64,000 nt of DNA, taken from the NCBI GenBank assembly GCA_043826565.1, contig JBDRPX010000038.1:6334-70333 (forward strand). The letters run 5' to 3'. Each line of letters begins with the position of its first letter. Position 1 is the first letter of the stretch. Position numbers and translations under genes: made by a program. Origin of the DNA: Candidatus Omnitrophota bacterium. Its GTDB lineage: Bacteria; Omnitrophota; Gorgyraeia; B26-G9. Positions 1 to 9,427 of this stretch are shown here, piece after piece. The notes below the pieces were generated by a model, which saw only the letters and a program-made list of their open reading frames with translations, was not told where the DNA came from and searched no databases.

Positions 1-69
1 CGGGATATTGTTAGAGGTATTGTTTTTGCCAATATAGCTAATATGCGTATCTTATTATGGCTATTATCC

Positions 70-98
70 TTGACACTCAGAGAGAGGTGTTTTATTAT
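70..98 (+). promoter_or_regulatory. sigma70-like promoter (TTGACA-17-TATTAT) upstream of the GT1 gene
   Basis: TTGACA at 70-75, a 17-nt spacer and TATTAT at 93-98, read directly from the sequence. Confidence 0.45.
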
Positions 99-136
99 GA
101 GATAATAAATAAAGGACGAAACTAAAATTATCTAAT

Positions 137-1249
137 ATGAAAAACGTTTTATACATTACAAAATTGCCTATAGAGGCGCCTTGGGATGAGGCTAATAAGA
201 ATTTAGCTTATCTTTTGGCAACCCAGTTAAAAAATTATCAGATTTTTTTACTAACGACTAAAAATGGAAGTAGTAATGATCCAAATACGACGTTAGAAAG
301 AATTATAGTCTATTCAAAGCATAATGTTGATTTTTTTCAAAAAGTTAGGATAATGTCGTGGATATTGTCAACCGGCAAGAAAATCGATTTGATACATTCT
401 TTTTTTACGCCGGCCGGAATAACCTCTAATATGCTTAGAATTGCGGTATCTAAGCATAAGGCCAGGCTTATCCAAACGGTTCCGACAGTTAATTTTGAAA
501 AGCATTCCGATTATAAAACTCTGCTCAGGGCCGACGCCGTAGTGGCGGTTTCTGATTATACGGCAGATTTGCTTAAAAAGTATGGTTGTGCGAATGTCCA
601 TAGAATTTATCCGGGGGTTGATCTGAAAAGGTTTTCTCCTGCGGACGGGCATAATACCTTAAGGGACTCTCTGGGGATAGCTTTGAATGCTCCGGTAGTT
701 TTATATGCCGGCGAATACAAAAGATTGCAGTCTTTTGATAATTTATTAAGATGGATGCCGCTTGTGGCTAAAAAGATTCCGGAGGTGAGATTTGTTTTAG
801 CCGTAAGGATTAAGTTTAAATCAGAATTTAAAATCGAATATAGAATAAAAAAGCAAATAGAACAATTGGGATTAAAGGAAAATGTTCTTATTATCAGAGA
901 CATCGAAGATACGGCGCAATTGTATAATCTGGCTACGGTTAATGTCCTGCCGGCTAAAACAATGGCCGGGAAGTTTGATTTACCTTTAAGTGTGTTAGAG
1001 TCTATGGCCTGCGGCTGCCCCATAATAATTTCAGAAAATATGGTTTTAAAAGAATTATTTGAGAGTAATATTGGATATCAAATATCCTATGAAGATACTA
1101 AGCAATGGGCAGAGGTTGTGGCTGATCTTCTAAAAGATCAGCAGAAGTGTACGCAAATCGGAGCTCAGGGGAGGCGTGTGGCAGAAAGTAAATTTAATAT
1201 TACGGATATCGCAAAACAATATGAAGCATTGTATGAGAATATACTATGA
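137..1249 (+). CDS. Glycosyltransferase family 1 (GT4-like)
   Basis: 370 aa with a C-terminal GT1 signature (E..K..FDNL..., ESMACGCPIIISE) and a Rossmann-like N-half. Confidence 0.7.
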   Translation: MKNVLYITKLPIEAPWDEANKNLAYLLATQLKNYQIFLLTTKNGSSNDPNTTLERIIVYSKHNVDFFQKVRIMSWILSTGKKIDLIHSFFTPAGITSNMLRIAVSKHKARLIQTVPTVNFEKHSDYKTLLRADAVVAVSDYTADLLKKYGCANVHRIYPGVDLKRFSPADGHNTLRDSLGIALNAPVVLYAGEYKRLQSFDNLLRWMPLVAKKIPEVRFVLAVRIKFKSEFKIEYRIKKQIEQLGLKENVLIIRDIEDTAQLYNLATVNVLPAKTMAGKFDLPLSVLESMACGCPIIISENMVLKELFESNIGYQISYEDTKQWAEVVADLLKDQQKCTQIGAQGRRVAESKFNITDIAKQYEALYENIL

Positions 1250-2226
1250 GTCAAAAAGAAGTCAATAAAATCAGCGGAGTTTTAAAAGACGTTTTCTCTC
1301 CGGTCTTGAGGCTGGCGGATAAACAGAATAAGTTATTAGAAGATAATGATGTCCTGTTTTTTTACTTGCAGGTGAGCGAGGGGGATAATGAAAAACTATT
1401 AAAATATCGAGAACTATTTAACGAGAGACTTGGTTTGTATAAAAAAATCGATAAAATTTTTAAGGATAAGGGAATTGAATTTATCACGATTAAATCATTT
1501 TTGCAATTTCCTTTTGTTGATAGTGATATAGATATTCTGGTCTTAGATTATCATAAGAGCAAGAAAGTTTTAAAAGATGCTGGCTTTCGGTTGAAATATA
1601 ATTTAAGTAATTTACGTGAGCCGGATAAATGTGTTATGCAAGATGGTAATTTGCGCGTAGTCTGTCACCTGCATGAAAACTTGTCATGGAATGGAATCGT
1701 GACGATTAACAAAGATGAAGTATTAAAAAGAAGCAGGACGATTTCTATTAATGGCCGGGATGTTAAAATCCCCTCTTCGGAAGATGAGGTTCTGATTAAT
1801 GCCGCGCATGCTATTTTTGAGAATTATCATATTAAGCTAAGTGAGGTTATCGCTTTTTACGGGTTGAATGGCAATTTAGATTGGGATTATATTATGGCAA
1901 TGGCCAGACGCTATGAATGGGGGCAGGGAGTAAAAATTTATCTATCCGGATTAAAGCTGATCTTTGAGTATTTGGGAATTAAACAGGAGATTAATGAGGC
2001 GGTTTTAGGACAGGCTGATTTTGTGGACATTAATGTTTTTCCCTGTTTTTTTAAATATAAACAGTTATTGACTAATGTTTATCATGAAAAAATGTTTAAG
2101 CTGGTCAGGGAAAGAAAAATAAAAGATTTATTATGGCAACTTTATGTGTACTACATTGTTGGCATTTTTTGGAAATACTATAGGAGCAAGGCTGAATTTA
2201 AAAACAATTTATTGAAAAATGAATAA
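1246..2226 (+). CDS. Hypothetical protein, possible nucleotidyltransferase-fold (NTP_transf_5-like)
   Basis: 326-aa ORF translationally coupled to the GT1 gene. A weak 'KS...DSDIDILV' pattern resembles the pol-beta NTase motif. No confident family assignment. Confidence 0.3.
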   Translation: MSQKEVNKISGVLKDVFSPVLRLADKQNKLLEDNDVLFFYLQVSEGDNEKLLKYRELFNERLGLYKKIDKIFKDKGIEFITIKSFLQFPFVDSDIDILVLDYHKSKKVLKDAGFRLKYNLSNLREPDKCVMQDGNLRVVCHLHENLSWNGIVTINKDEVLKRSRTISINGRDVKIPSSEDEVLINAAHAIFENYHIKLSEVIAFYGLNGNLDWDYIMAMARRYEWGQGVKIYLSGLKLIFEYLGIKQEINEAVLGQADFVDINVFPCFFKYKQLLTNVYHEKMFKLVRERKIKDLLWQLYVYYIVGIFWKYYRSKAEFKNNLLKNE

Positions 2227-2842
2227 AACTTTGGTAATTACTATTTCGGGTCTTGACGGGGCAGGGAAATCTATGCTTGCTCAAAGAATTTATGAGAGTT
2301 TGCAGTCTCGTAATGTTGCGTGTTATTGTTTTCATTTTATCTCATGGAGTTTAGCTAATTGCATAGGAGGATGGCTAGGCCAGGCCGCTTCCGGGCAGGT
2401 AAATAAGACAAAACAAAAAAGGGATAACAGATCAATAGGTAAGTTTGAAATATTCTTTCGAATAATTACAATTTTTATTGATTTGCTAAGATTTAGGATA
2501 AAGAGGTGGGTAGTTAAACGAAAGGGCTATGCGGTTCTTATTGCTGACCGCTATTTTTGGGATATATTAGTGAGTTTGGAATACTGGGGCTGGAAATCCA
2601 ATATAATAAAAAAGATTTTGTTTGCGCTTGTTCCGGATCCGGAAGTTCCTTTATATGTAGATGTCGATGAAAATGTTGCCTATAGCCGAAAGCCGGAGCA
2701 TTCTGCTGAATATTATAAGATTAAGAAAATGATTTATGAAAAAGACGTTGCTTTGCGGGCGACGAGGGTAAATAGTAATAATGGTGAAGCTGTGATTAGT
2801 CAGGTCGTTGCTTTATTGGAGAACTGTGGTATGCTAAAATGA
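2219..2842 (+). CDS. P-loop kinase, thymidylate-kinase-like fold
   Basis: N-terminal Walker A 'ITISGLDGAGKS' and a later 'DRYFWD' resemble Tmk/dNK family kinases. Overlaps the upstream ORF by 8 nt. Confidence 0.45.
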   Translation: MNKTLVITISGLDGAGKSMLAQRIYESLQSRNVACYCFHFISWSLANCIGGWLGQAASGQVNKTKQKRDNRSIGKFEIFFRIITIFIDLLRFRIKRWVVKRKGYAVLIADRYFWDILVSLEYWGWKSNIIKKILFALVPDPEVPLYVDVDENVAYSRKPEHSAEYYKIKKMIYEKDVALRATRVNSNNGEAVISQVVALLENCGMLK

Positions 2843-2886
2843 TTACTAAAATTATTATAATGAAATAGAAAGGGAGAAGGAAAACA

Positions 2887-4761
2887 GTGAGCAAAAGTGA
2901 AATAATTATCCCGCATGGCGGGACTGAATTAGTAAATAGAATAGTTCCAGAAGCAGAAAGAGCTGCGTTTGTTGAAAAAGCTTTAGGATATAAACAATAT
3001 ACTATTAGCAATGCTGATCTTTCGGTTTTTTACCGAATTGCTGATGGAACATTGTCACCGCTTACCGGACCGATGAATAAGGATGAGTTTTACAGAGTCC
3101 TTGATCATGAGAATATCGAACGGGACGGAAAAGCTTATGCCTGGACAATTCCGATAGCTTTTTCCGCCAAAGAAGAGGAAAATTTTAAAATTGGTGATCT
3201 TGTCGCGATTAAAAATGAATTTGGCCTGATTGTCGGGTCTTTGGAAGTTTCTGATGTATACCGGTTTGATAAACAATATTATAATAAAGCGGTTTACGGT
3301 ACAGATAGACTTGATCATCCCGGTCCGCGAATTGTCAATGATGACCCCAAAGATTATTTGTTAGGCGGAATTATTTGGGCGCTGCCGGAACTTAATCGAA
3401 CACCATATACTAAATATATGCTTGCTCCCAAGCAAATAAGAATATTATTTAAAGAGAAAAACTGGCAGAAGATTGTTGCTTTTCAAACGCGTAATCCGTT
3501 ACATCGGGCGCATGAATATGCAATGATATTCGGGATGGAAAAACTTGTAAAAGAAGGTTCTTTTTGCGGAGTAGTTTTAAACCCGTTGGTGGGAGCAACT
3601 AAGTCAGACGATGTGCCGGCGGATATAAGAATGAAAACATATGAAGCTTTAATAAAAAATAAAATTATTGGGCAGGGGGATAAAGATACTGAATTTTGGA
3701 GTACAAAAGATTATGATTTCAATGACCAATGTTTACTTATCGGTCTGGATATGAAGATGTTTTATGCCGGGCCTAAAGAAGCGATCATGCATGCAATTTA
3801 TCGGCAAAATTGCGGTTTTACTGATATTATCATCGGAAGAAAGCATGCGGATGCTCATTTTGATGATGGGGATCCGCTATGGGGAGATTTTGACGCACAG
3901 GAAAAATTCAGTAATTTAAAAGGGGATTTAAAAATTAGTCCGGTTAAAGTTGGTTTTGCGGCATATTTTGAGGAGTTGGGCAAAGTCGGGTTGATCGAAG
4001 AATTTAAAAACCAAGGGTATCATCAAGTTTCAATTTCCGGTAAAGATCTTAGAAAAAAACTTGTCGATGGAGAAGATATTGATGAGCGGATTATGCGTAA
4101 GTGTGTTTCTCAAATACTTGCAAAATTTTATCGTGCTCAAAAAGAAGGAACAACACCGAAAAGCAAAAATATAACCTGGCACGAAACCGGTATTTCCAAG
4201 CAGGACCGGGAATTACGCAATAAGCACAAAGGAGCGGTTATCTGGCTTACCGGGCTTCCGGCTTCCGGCAAATCAACAATTGCGGTCGAATTACAGGCGT
4301 TTTTGTTTGAGATGGGTTATGCAACTTATGTTTTAGACGGAGATAATATTCGGCATGGACTTAATAGTGATCTTGGTTTTTCACCGGAAGATAGAGAAGA
4401 AAATATTCGCCGGATTGGAGAAGTTGCGAAGTTGTTCTCCGATGCCGGTGTTTTGGTGATTACCGCGTTTATTTCTCCCTATCTCAAAGATAGGGAGAGG
4501 GTAAGGGCTATACTTGCCGAAGGAGATTTTGTGGAAATATTTGTTGAGGCATCTTTAGCGGAATGCGAAAGAAGAGATCCTAAGGGCTTATATAAAAAAG
4601 CCAGACGGGGCGAGATAAAAGAGTTCACCGGAATTTCTGCGCCATACGAATCTCCGCAGCAGCCTGAAATTCACATTAATACCGAGAAAATGACAAAACA
4701 GGAATGTGCTCAGATAATCATTCGCTGGCTTGGGGAAAGAGATTATTTAATCAGCGATTGA
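2887..4761 (+). CDS. sat-cysC: Bifunctional sulfate adenylyltransferase (ATP sulfurylase) / adenylylsulfate kinase
   Basis: ATP-sulfurylase motif '[11 protein letters not shown]' in the N-terminal half. APS-kinase P-loop '[16 protein letters not shown]' and 'DGDNIR' in the C-terminal ~200 aa. GTG start at 2887 preceded by a GGAGAAGG RBS. Confidence 0.9.
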   Translation: MSKSEIIIPHGGTELVNRIVPEAERAAFVEKALGYKQYTISNADLSVFYRIADGTLSPLTGPMNKDEFYRVLDHENIERDGKAYAWTIPIAFSAKEEENFKIGDLVAIKNEFGLIVGSLEVSDVYRFDKQYYNKAVYGTDRLDHPGPRIVNDDPKDYLLGGIIWALPELNRTPYTKYMLAPKQIRILFKEKNWQKIVAFQTRNPLHRAHEYAMIFGMEKLVKEGSFCGVVLNPLVGATKSDDVPADIRMKTYEALIKNKIIGQGDKDTEFWSTKDYDFNDQCLLIGLDMKMFYAGPKEAIMHAIYRQNCGFTDIIIGRKHADAHFDDGDPLWGDFDAQEKFSNLKGDLKISPVKVGFAAYFEELGKVGLIEEFKNQGYHQVSISGKDLRKKLVDGEDIDERIMRKCVSQILAKFYRAQKEGTTPKSKNITWHETGISKQDRELRNKHKGAVIWLTGLPASGKSTIAVELQAFLFEMGYATYVLDGDNIRHGLNSDLGFSPEDREENIRRIGEVAKLFSDAGVLVITAFISPYLKDRERVRAILAEGDFVEIFVEASLAECERRDPKGLYKKARRGEIKEFTGISAPYESPQQPEIHINTEKMTKQECAQIIIRWLGERDYLISD

Positions 4762-4781
4762 GATTTATGCTCGGGAGAGTT

Positions 4782-5054
4782 ATGAAAAGAAAATGCGCGC
4801 ATATATTTTATTCCGGTCGTGTTCAAGGTGTTGGGTTCAGGTATACTGCCGAGCGTATTGCCGAAGCTGCTGGAATTGGCGGTTGGGTTCGGAATTTACC
4901 AGATGGTCGAGTGGAATTGTTGGCGGAAGCTGAGGAAACTAAATTAAAAAATTTCATAAATGCTTTGGAAACAGCTCTAAATCGTTATATTGGGCAAAAG
5001 GATATAGCTTGGGAAAATCCCGAGGGTAATCAGGGCTTTAAAATTAGGTACTAA
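4782..5054 (+). CDS. acyP: Acylphosphatase
   Basis: 'VQGVGFRYTAERIA...GWVRNLPDGRVE' is the classic acylphosphatase signature. ATG at 4782 has a GGGAGAG RBS; the track ORF start at 4704 would overlap sat-cysC. Confidence 0.85.
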   Translation: MKRKCAHIFYSGRVQGVGFRYTAERIAEAAGIGGWVRNLPDGRVELLAEAEETKLKNFINALETALNRYIGQKDIAWENPEGNQGFKIRY

Positions 5055-5113
5055 AATGTGTTACGAAGTTTTTTAAGGCATTTGCGATAGTTTTATGATG
5101 CAAAAAAAAAGCT

Positions 5114-5141
5114 TGTCGAAATAGAGTAAATTAGTTATAAT
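5114..5141 (+). promoter_or_regulatory. sigma70-like promoter (TTGTCG-16-TATAAT)
   Basis: TTGTCG at 5114-5119 and TATAAT at 5136-5141, upstream of the 5214 ORF. Confidence 0.4.
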
Positions 5142-5213
5142 ATATCTAGAATTTAAGAGTAAATTCATAAAGGCAAAAGAGTTTGAATCTTTAGCGGCAA
5201 GACTTGATCAGGG

Positions 5214-5702
5214 ATGATGAAAAAAATTATAAAAATATTAGCAATTATAGGGATACCGCTATTGTTATGCGGATATCGTCTTGGTGATGAAGAAGAAGGT
5301 TTTCATAAGAAAAAAAAAGGGCCCACCGAACCTGTTTCCGAATATGAGGTAACAGTCAAACCGCAGCAATCTGTAGAAGATTTATACCAACAATACCATT
5401 TGCTTATTGTGACTTCTCTTAAGGAAGCTTCGGATTCAATAAATAAAGATTACCATCGGGCTTGCGGAATGATAAAAAATGCCTATCATTATTTGCAAAT
5501 ACTCAGCGAATTATATATTGATGAGCATAAAGACGATCTTAGGGAAATGAAAACACAAATCAAAGAGATTTATTCTTCCTTGGAAAGAAGTAATCTTACG
5601 CAAATTAAAAAAAGTAAAATTGAGCGTCGGCTGAAAGATATTGTAGCTGTCTTAAAGACTGATTATAAGTATGAAAAAATTGCGGAATGGACAAAGGAAT
5701 GA
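5214..5702 (+). CDS. Hypothetical secreted protein or lipoprotein
   Basis: N-terminal signal peptide 'MMKKIIKILAIIGIPLLLCGY' with a possible lipobox. The rest is predicted helical and charged. Confidence 0.5.
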   Translation: MMKKIIKILAIIGIPLLLCGYRLGDEEEGFHKKKKGPTEPVSEYEVTVKPQQSVEDLYQQYHLLIVTSLKEASDSINKDYHRACGMIKNAYHYLQILSELYIDEHKDDLREMKTQIKEIYSSLERSNLTQIKKSKIERRLKDIVAVLKTDYKYEKIAEWTKE

Positions 5703-6298
5703 TATTGGAAACTGTAGTTGTGGGGCAGTTAGAAACAAATTGTTATATTTTTGGATCCAGTGAAACTAAGGAAGTTTTATTGATTGACCCTGGAGCCGAG
5801 CCGGAAAAAATCAAGGCTGTATTAAACAAGATGCAAGCGATTGTAAAAGCGGTAATTTTAACCCATGGACATTATGACCATACCGGGGCAATGGAGGAAT
5901 TTGATGTGCCGATTTATATACATGCTGATGAATTTGATTTTCTTAAAGAAGATACAAGTTGCTATTGCGCGGTAAAGGATCAAAGAATTTTAGATAATTT
6001 TAAGCTAATAAAAGATGGGGACAGTATAAGTGCCGGGATTCAAAAGTTAACAGTTTTAGATACTCCGGGGCATTCTGCTGGAGGCATATCACTTAAGGGG
6101 GAGGGAGTTGTGTTTAGCGGGGATACATTATTTGCCCAGGGAATCGGGCGCACAGATTTGCCGGGAGGGTCTTACCGGCAGTTAATAGACTCGATAAAAA
6201 CAAAGTTAATGATTCTAGATGATGCGGTTGTTGTTCTTCCCGGGCATGGTGCGCAGACAACAATAGGGCAGGAAAGAATGGAATATCTATACTCATGA
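5687..6298 (+). CDS. MBL-fold metallo-hydrolase (glyoxalase II-like)
   Basis: HxHxDH motif 'ILTHGHYDHTGA', then downstream His/Asp ligands (LPGHG). Confidence 0.85.
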   Translation: MDKGMILETVVVGQLETNCYIFGSSETKEVLLIDPGAEPEKIKAVLNKMQAIVKAVILTHGHYDHTGAMEEFDVPIYIHADEFDFLKEDTSCYCAVKDQRILDNFKLIKDGDSISAGIQKLTVLDTPGHSAGGISLKGEGVVFSGDTLFAQGIGRTDLPGGSYRQLIDSIKTKLMILDDAVVVLPGHGAQTTIGQERMEYLYS

Positions 6299-6816
6299 GT
6301 CTAACGCGCAGAGAATTATTTCTTACAGTATTTTATTTGATAATTATCGGTTGTGTTGCTATTTATTTTTTCTTTTATAAATATCTATTTACGCAGTATA
6401 ATAGTATTAATGAAGAGATATTTTCTGTAGAGCAGGCTCTTTCTAAAATAAATTCTATAATGGATAGTAAAGATATTGTAGAAAAAGAATATAGCGAATT
6501 TGAGCAGAAATTATCTTCTGGTAAAATTGAAAAAGCGGCCTCTACTGAGATATTACAGGATATCAAGACCAAAGCAGCTTCTGCGGGATTAAATGTTATT
6601 AATATAAAACCTTTTCTGCTTAAGGAAGAAGGGTTGTACGGAGAATTTGATTTTAAGCTGGAGACCGAGGGTGCGCTTAAAAATCTTGGGCAGTTTTTAT
6701 ACGAGTTAGATGATTCTTTATACCTATTTACGATTAAATATATGCAGGTTAATGCCGGCAGTCAGGGTGAATCATTACAGGTGCAATTAATGCTAAGCGC
6801 TATGCTGGCCAAATAA
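6295..6816 (+). CDS. PilO/GspM-like inner-membrane pilus/secretion assembly protein
   Basis: One N-terminal TM helix, a coiled-coil segment, then an ~80 aa C-terminal domain. It sits immediately upstream of the PilP-like and secretin genes. ATGA overlap with the upstream gene. Confidence 0.5.
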   Translation: MSLTRRELFLTVFYLIIIGCVAIYFFFYKYLFTQYNSINEEIFSVEQALSKINSIMDSKDIVEKEYSEFEQKLSSGKIEKAASTEILQDIKTKAASAGLNVINIKPFLLKEEGLYGEFDFKLETEGALKNLGQFLYELDDSLYLFTIKYMQVNAGSQGESLQVQLMLSAMLAK

Positions 6817-6829
6817 TTGAGGATCTATT

Positions 6830-7330
6830 GTGGGTGAAAAAACAGTAGTTATGCCGGTTCAAAGATTACGTTATCTTGATATTATTAATACTTTATTAAC
6901 TTGCGGATTATTGGTGTTAATAATGGCTGTGATCAGTCTGAAGTTTATGGGAAAAAATGATAATATTCTTAATTTGAAATATTCGGCGGAACAAACAGGT
7001 ATAATCCCGGAATTAAAGATTTTTAAGAAACCATTAGATTATTATGAAAAGATTCTATCAAGGAAAGACTTATTTATTGGACAGCCGCAAGTTAAAAATT
7101 TAAAATCTAAGGTTACCGGCGCAAATAATGGAGGCCAGCTTAGTGAATTGGAATTAATGGGCATTGTGTCCGGTCCGCAAGGTCCGCAGGCAATAATTAA
7201 TAATTCCAAAACAGACAGGTCTTTTTATTGTCAAGGAGGAGAAAATCTTGGTGACTTTACAGTTAAAAAAGTTTATCTTGATCGGGTTCTCTTGGAGAGG
7301 GATGGAGAGGAATTGGAGTTGAGGCTATGA
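6830..7330 (+). CDS. PilP-like (secretin-interacting) protein
   Basis: N-terminal TM helix and a C-terminal beta-rich 'HR'-like domain (…GDFTVKKVYLDRVLLERDGEELEL). Its stop overlaps the secretin start. Confidence 0.45.
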   Translation: MGEKTVVMPVQRLRYLDIINTLLTCGLLVLIMAVISLKFMGKNDNILNLKYSAEQTGIIPELKIFKKPLDYYEKILSRKDLFIGQPQVKNLKSKVTGANNGGQLSELELMGIVSGPQGPQAIINNSKTDRSFYCQGGENLGDFTVKKVYLDRVLLERDGEELELRL

Positions 7331-8841
7331 AAATGATTAAGAAAACCTTAAAGTTGATTCTGCTCTGTTGCGTTTGCTTTTTATTTGTCGGCGTCGCGGT
7401 CCAGGCACAGGAAAGTATGGGGCAAAACATTAATCTTGATGTAAAAAACATGAGTGTGATTGATGTGTTAAGATTGCTTGCTGAGCAGGGGCAGGTAAAC
7501 ATAGTGGCAAGTAAAAATGTGCAAGGCCGGATCACCGCTAAACTGCAGGATATTACTGTGGAGCAGGCACTGGAAGCAATTTTAGACGCAAATAATTTTG
7601 TTTATAAAAAGGACAGAGGGGTTATTAAGGTTTTTGCGATGCAGGATATCTTGCAGCAGGAGCAGACCGAGAAACTTTTTAGCCGAGTATTTCTTCTTAG
7701 CAATATTAAAGCTGCTGATTTCCGGCAGGTATTGAATTCGATTAAATCAGCCCGGGGACGCGTGGAAATCAATACCGTGTCTAATCAGGTTATTGTTACC
7801 GATACTTTGGAAAAAATTGACGAAATCGAGAAGATAATATTTGATTCCGACCGGAATATGATCACGAAAATATATAGTTTAAATTATGCTGATGCTAATG
7901 AGTTGAAGGAAAAATTGGTTGAACTTATTCCGAAGCAATCCGGGGAAGTCTTTGTCGATGAGAGAACTAATGGAATCGTGGTTCGGGCTGTTGCCGAAAC
8001 TATTGAAAAAGTAGATATGTTAATGAAAAGCTGGGACATGAGGTCTGCCCAGGTTTTGATCGAAGCAAAGATCCTGGAAGTTTCTTTTGATAATACAAAA
8101 GGGGTGGGGGTAACCTGGGAGTATCAGTCGGATACGGTTAAAGACAGCGTAGGTGTTTCCGCCAGTTTACCGGTCAGTGTTAGCGGCGGAGGAATTTTTA
8201 AGGTGGGAACTTTAAGCGCAGATGAGTATGCCGTTACGATTCAGGCCTTAGAGAGTTCCACAAATACTAATATTTTGTCGAATCCCAGAATTGTTGTTCT
8301 TGATAATACCGAAGCGAATATACTTGTGGGAAGTGCCGAGCCTTATCTGGTGACTTATATAGATAAAGAGTCAAATACACAAACTGAAGAAACCAAGTTT
8401 ATCGATGTTGGTGTTAAGTTAAATGTTACTCCGAAAATAAGTAAAGATGATTTTATTACTTTAAAAATTCACCCGGAGGTAAGTTCTGCCCGAAGAGTCG
8501 CCGAGGTTAATAATGCTTTAGCGGTTGATACTACACAGGCTGATACTACGGTTGTGATAAAGGACGGAGAAACAATTGTCATGGGCGGGTTGATTAAAGA
8601 TACGACATCAAAAATAAGGACTAAAGTGCCGATTTTAGGGGATATTCCGCTTATTGGATTGTTGTTTAGAAGTTATGTGGATACGAAGGTGAAAAAGGAA
8701 ATTGTGGTGTTCATTACCCCGCATATTCTCAAGGTTCCTTCGATATTGACAAAAGAACAAAAAAGAAGTGAAGCTGTTGAGCAGGCTATGGAAAGGGCTG
8801 GTAAAAAGTGGCAGGAATGGGAAGCAGAAGGAGGTAAATAA
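7327..8841 (+). CDS. pilQ: Secretin (type IV pilus PilQ / T2SS GspD family)
   Basis: Signal peptide. Canonical secretin C-terminal domain 'VPILGDIPLIGLLFRS...EIVVFITPHIL' and N0/N1-like domains before it. Confidence 0.9.
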   Translation: MKMIKKTLKLILLCCVCFLFVGVAVQAQESMGQNINLDVKNMSVIDVLRLLAEQGQVNIVASKNVQGRITAKLQDITVEQALEAILDANNFVYKKDRGVIKVFAMQDILQQEQTEKLFSRVFLLSNIKAADFRQVLNSIKSARGRVEINTVSNQVIVTDTLEKIDEIEKIIFDSDRNMITKIYSLNYADANELKEKLVELIPKQSGEVFVDERTNGIVVRAVAETIEKVDMLMKSWDMRSAQVLIEAKILEVSFDNTKGVGVTWEYQSDTVKDSVGVSASLPVSVSGGGIFKVGTLSADEYAVTIQALESSTNTNILSNPRIVVLDNTEANILVGSAEPYLVTYIDKESNTQTEETKFIDVGVKLNVTPKISKDDFITLKIHPEVSSARRVAEVNNALAVDTTQADTTVVIKDGETIVMGGLIKDTTSKIRTKVPILGDIPLIGLLFRSYVDTKVKKEIVVFITPHILKVPSILTKEQKRSEAVEQAMERAGKKWQEWEAEGGK

Positions 8842-8842
8842 A

Positions 8843-9412
8843 ATGAATAATACGATTAAAATGATTTTTGTTTTTACTTTGGGAGTTTTATTTTTAGTTT
8901 TCTCCGGTGCGGGACATTGCGCGATGCTGTCATTAAGTCCGGAGGAGCTTACCGATGATTCCGATGAGGTTATTATCGGCAGAGTCATTAGTAAAGACTC
9001 TCATTGGAATGAAGATGCCACAGCAATTGTTACCGATGTTAAGGTTCAGATCAATGAGGTTCTTAAGGGAGAAGATATTGAGAATCCGGTAACTATCGAA
9101 ATTCTTGGCGGAGTTGTCGGAGAAATGGAAATGAAAGTCTCGGATGCTGCCTTCTTTGAACAGAATGAGGAAGTTGTGCTTTTTTTAAGTGATAGTGATT
9201 TAAATATTAAAGCGAAGGAATTAACCGGCAATGTTCAGGGAAAATACAGTATAAAGGAAAATCTTTTAACAGGACAAAAGGAAGTTGAATCAGCAGGTGG
9301 TGTTCGTGTAAGTAAAGTTGGGCAAGTGAGTGTTGAATCCAGCCAACCGATTGCTTATGACGAGTTCATTGGTCAGATAAAACAAGTAATTTTAGATGCT
9401 CAGGAAGAATAG
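8843..9412 (+). CDS. Hypothetical secreted protein
   Basis: ATG at 8843 with a GGAGGT RBS and signal peptide 'MNNTIKMIFVFTLGVLFLVFSGAGHCA'. No recognisable family. Confidence 0.55.
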   Translation: MNNTIKMIFVFTLGVLFLVFSGAGHCAMLSLSPEELTDDSDEVIIGRVISKDSHWNEDATAIVTDVKVQINEVLKGEDIENPVTIEILGGVVGEMEMKVSDAAFFEQNEEVVLFLSDSDLNIKAKELTGNVQGKYSIKENLLTGQKEVESAGGVRVSKVGQVSVESSQPIAYDEFIGQIKQVILDAQEE

Positions 9413-9427
9413 AAGAGGAGGATTAGA

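Noticed and set aside
607-1023. 138-aa minus-strand ORF (and 368..652) inside the GT1 gene
   Set aside because: Entirely antisense to a well-supported GT1 CDS. No RBS, and a low-complexity product. Shadow ORF.
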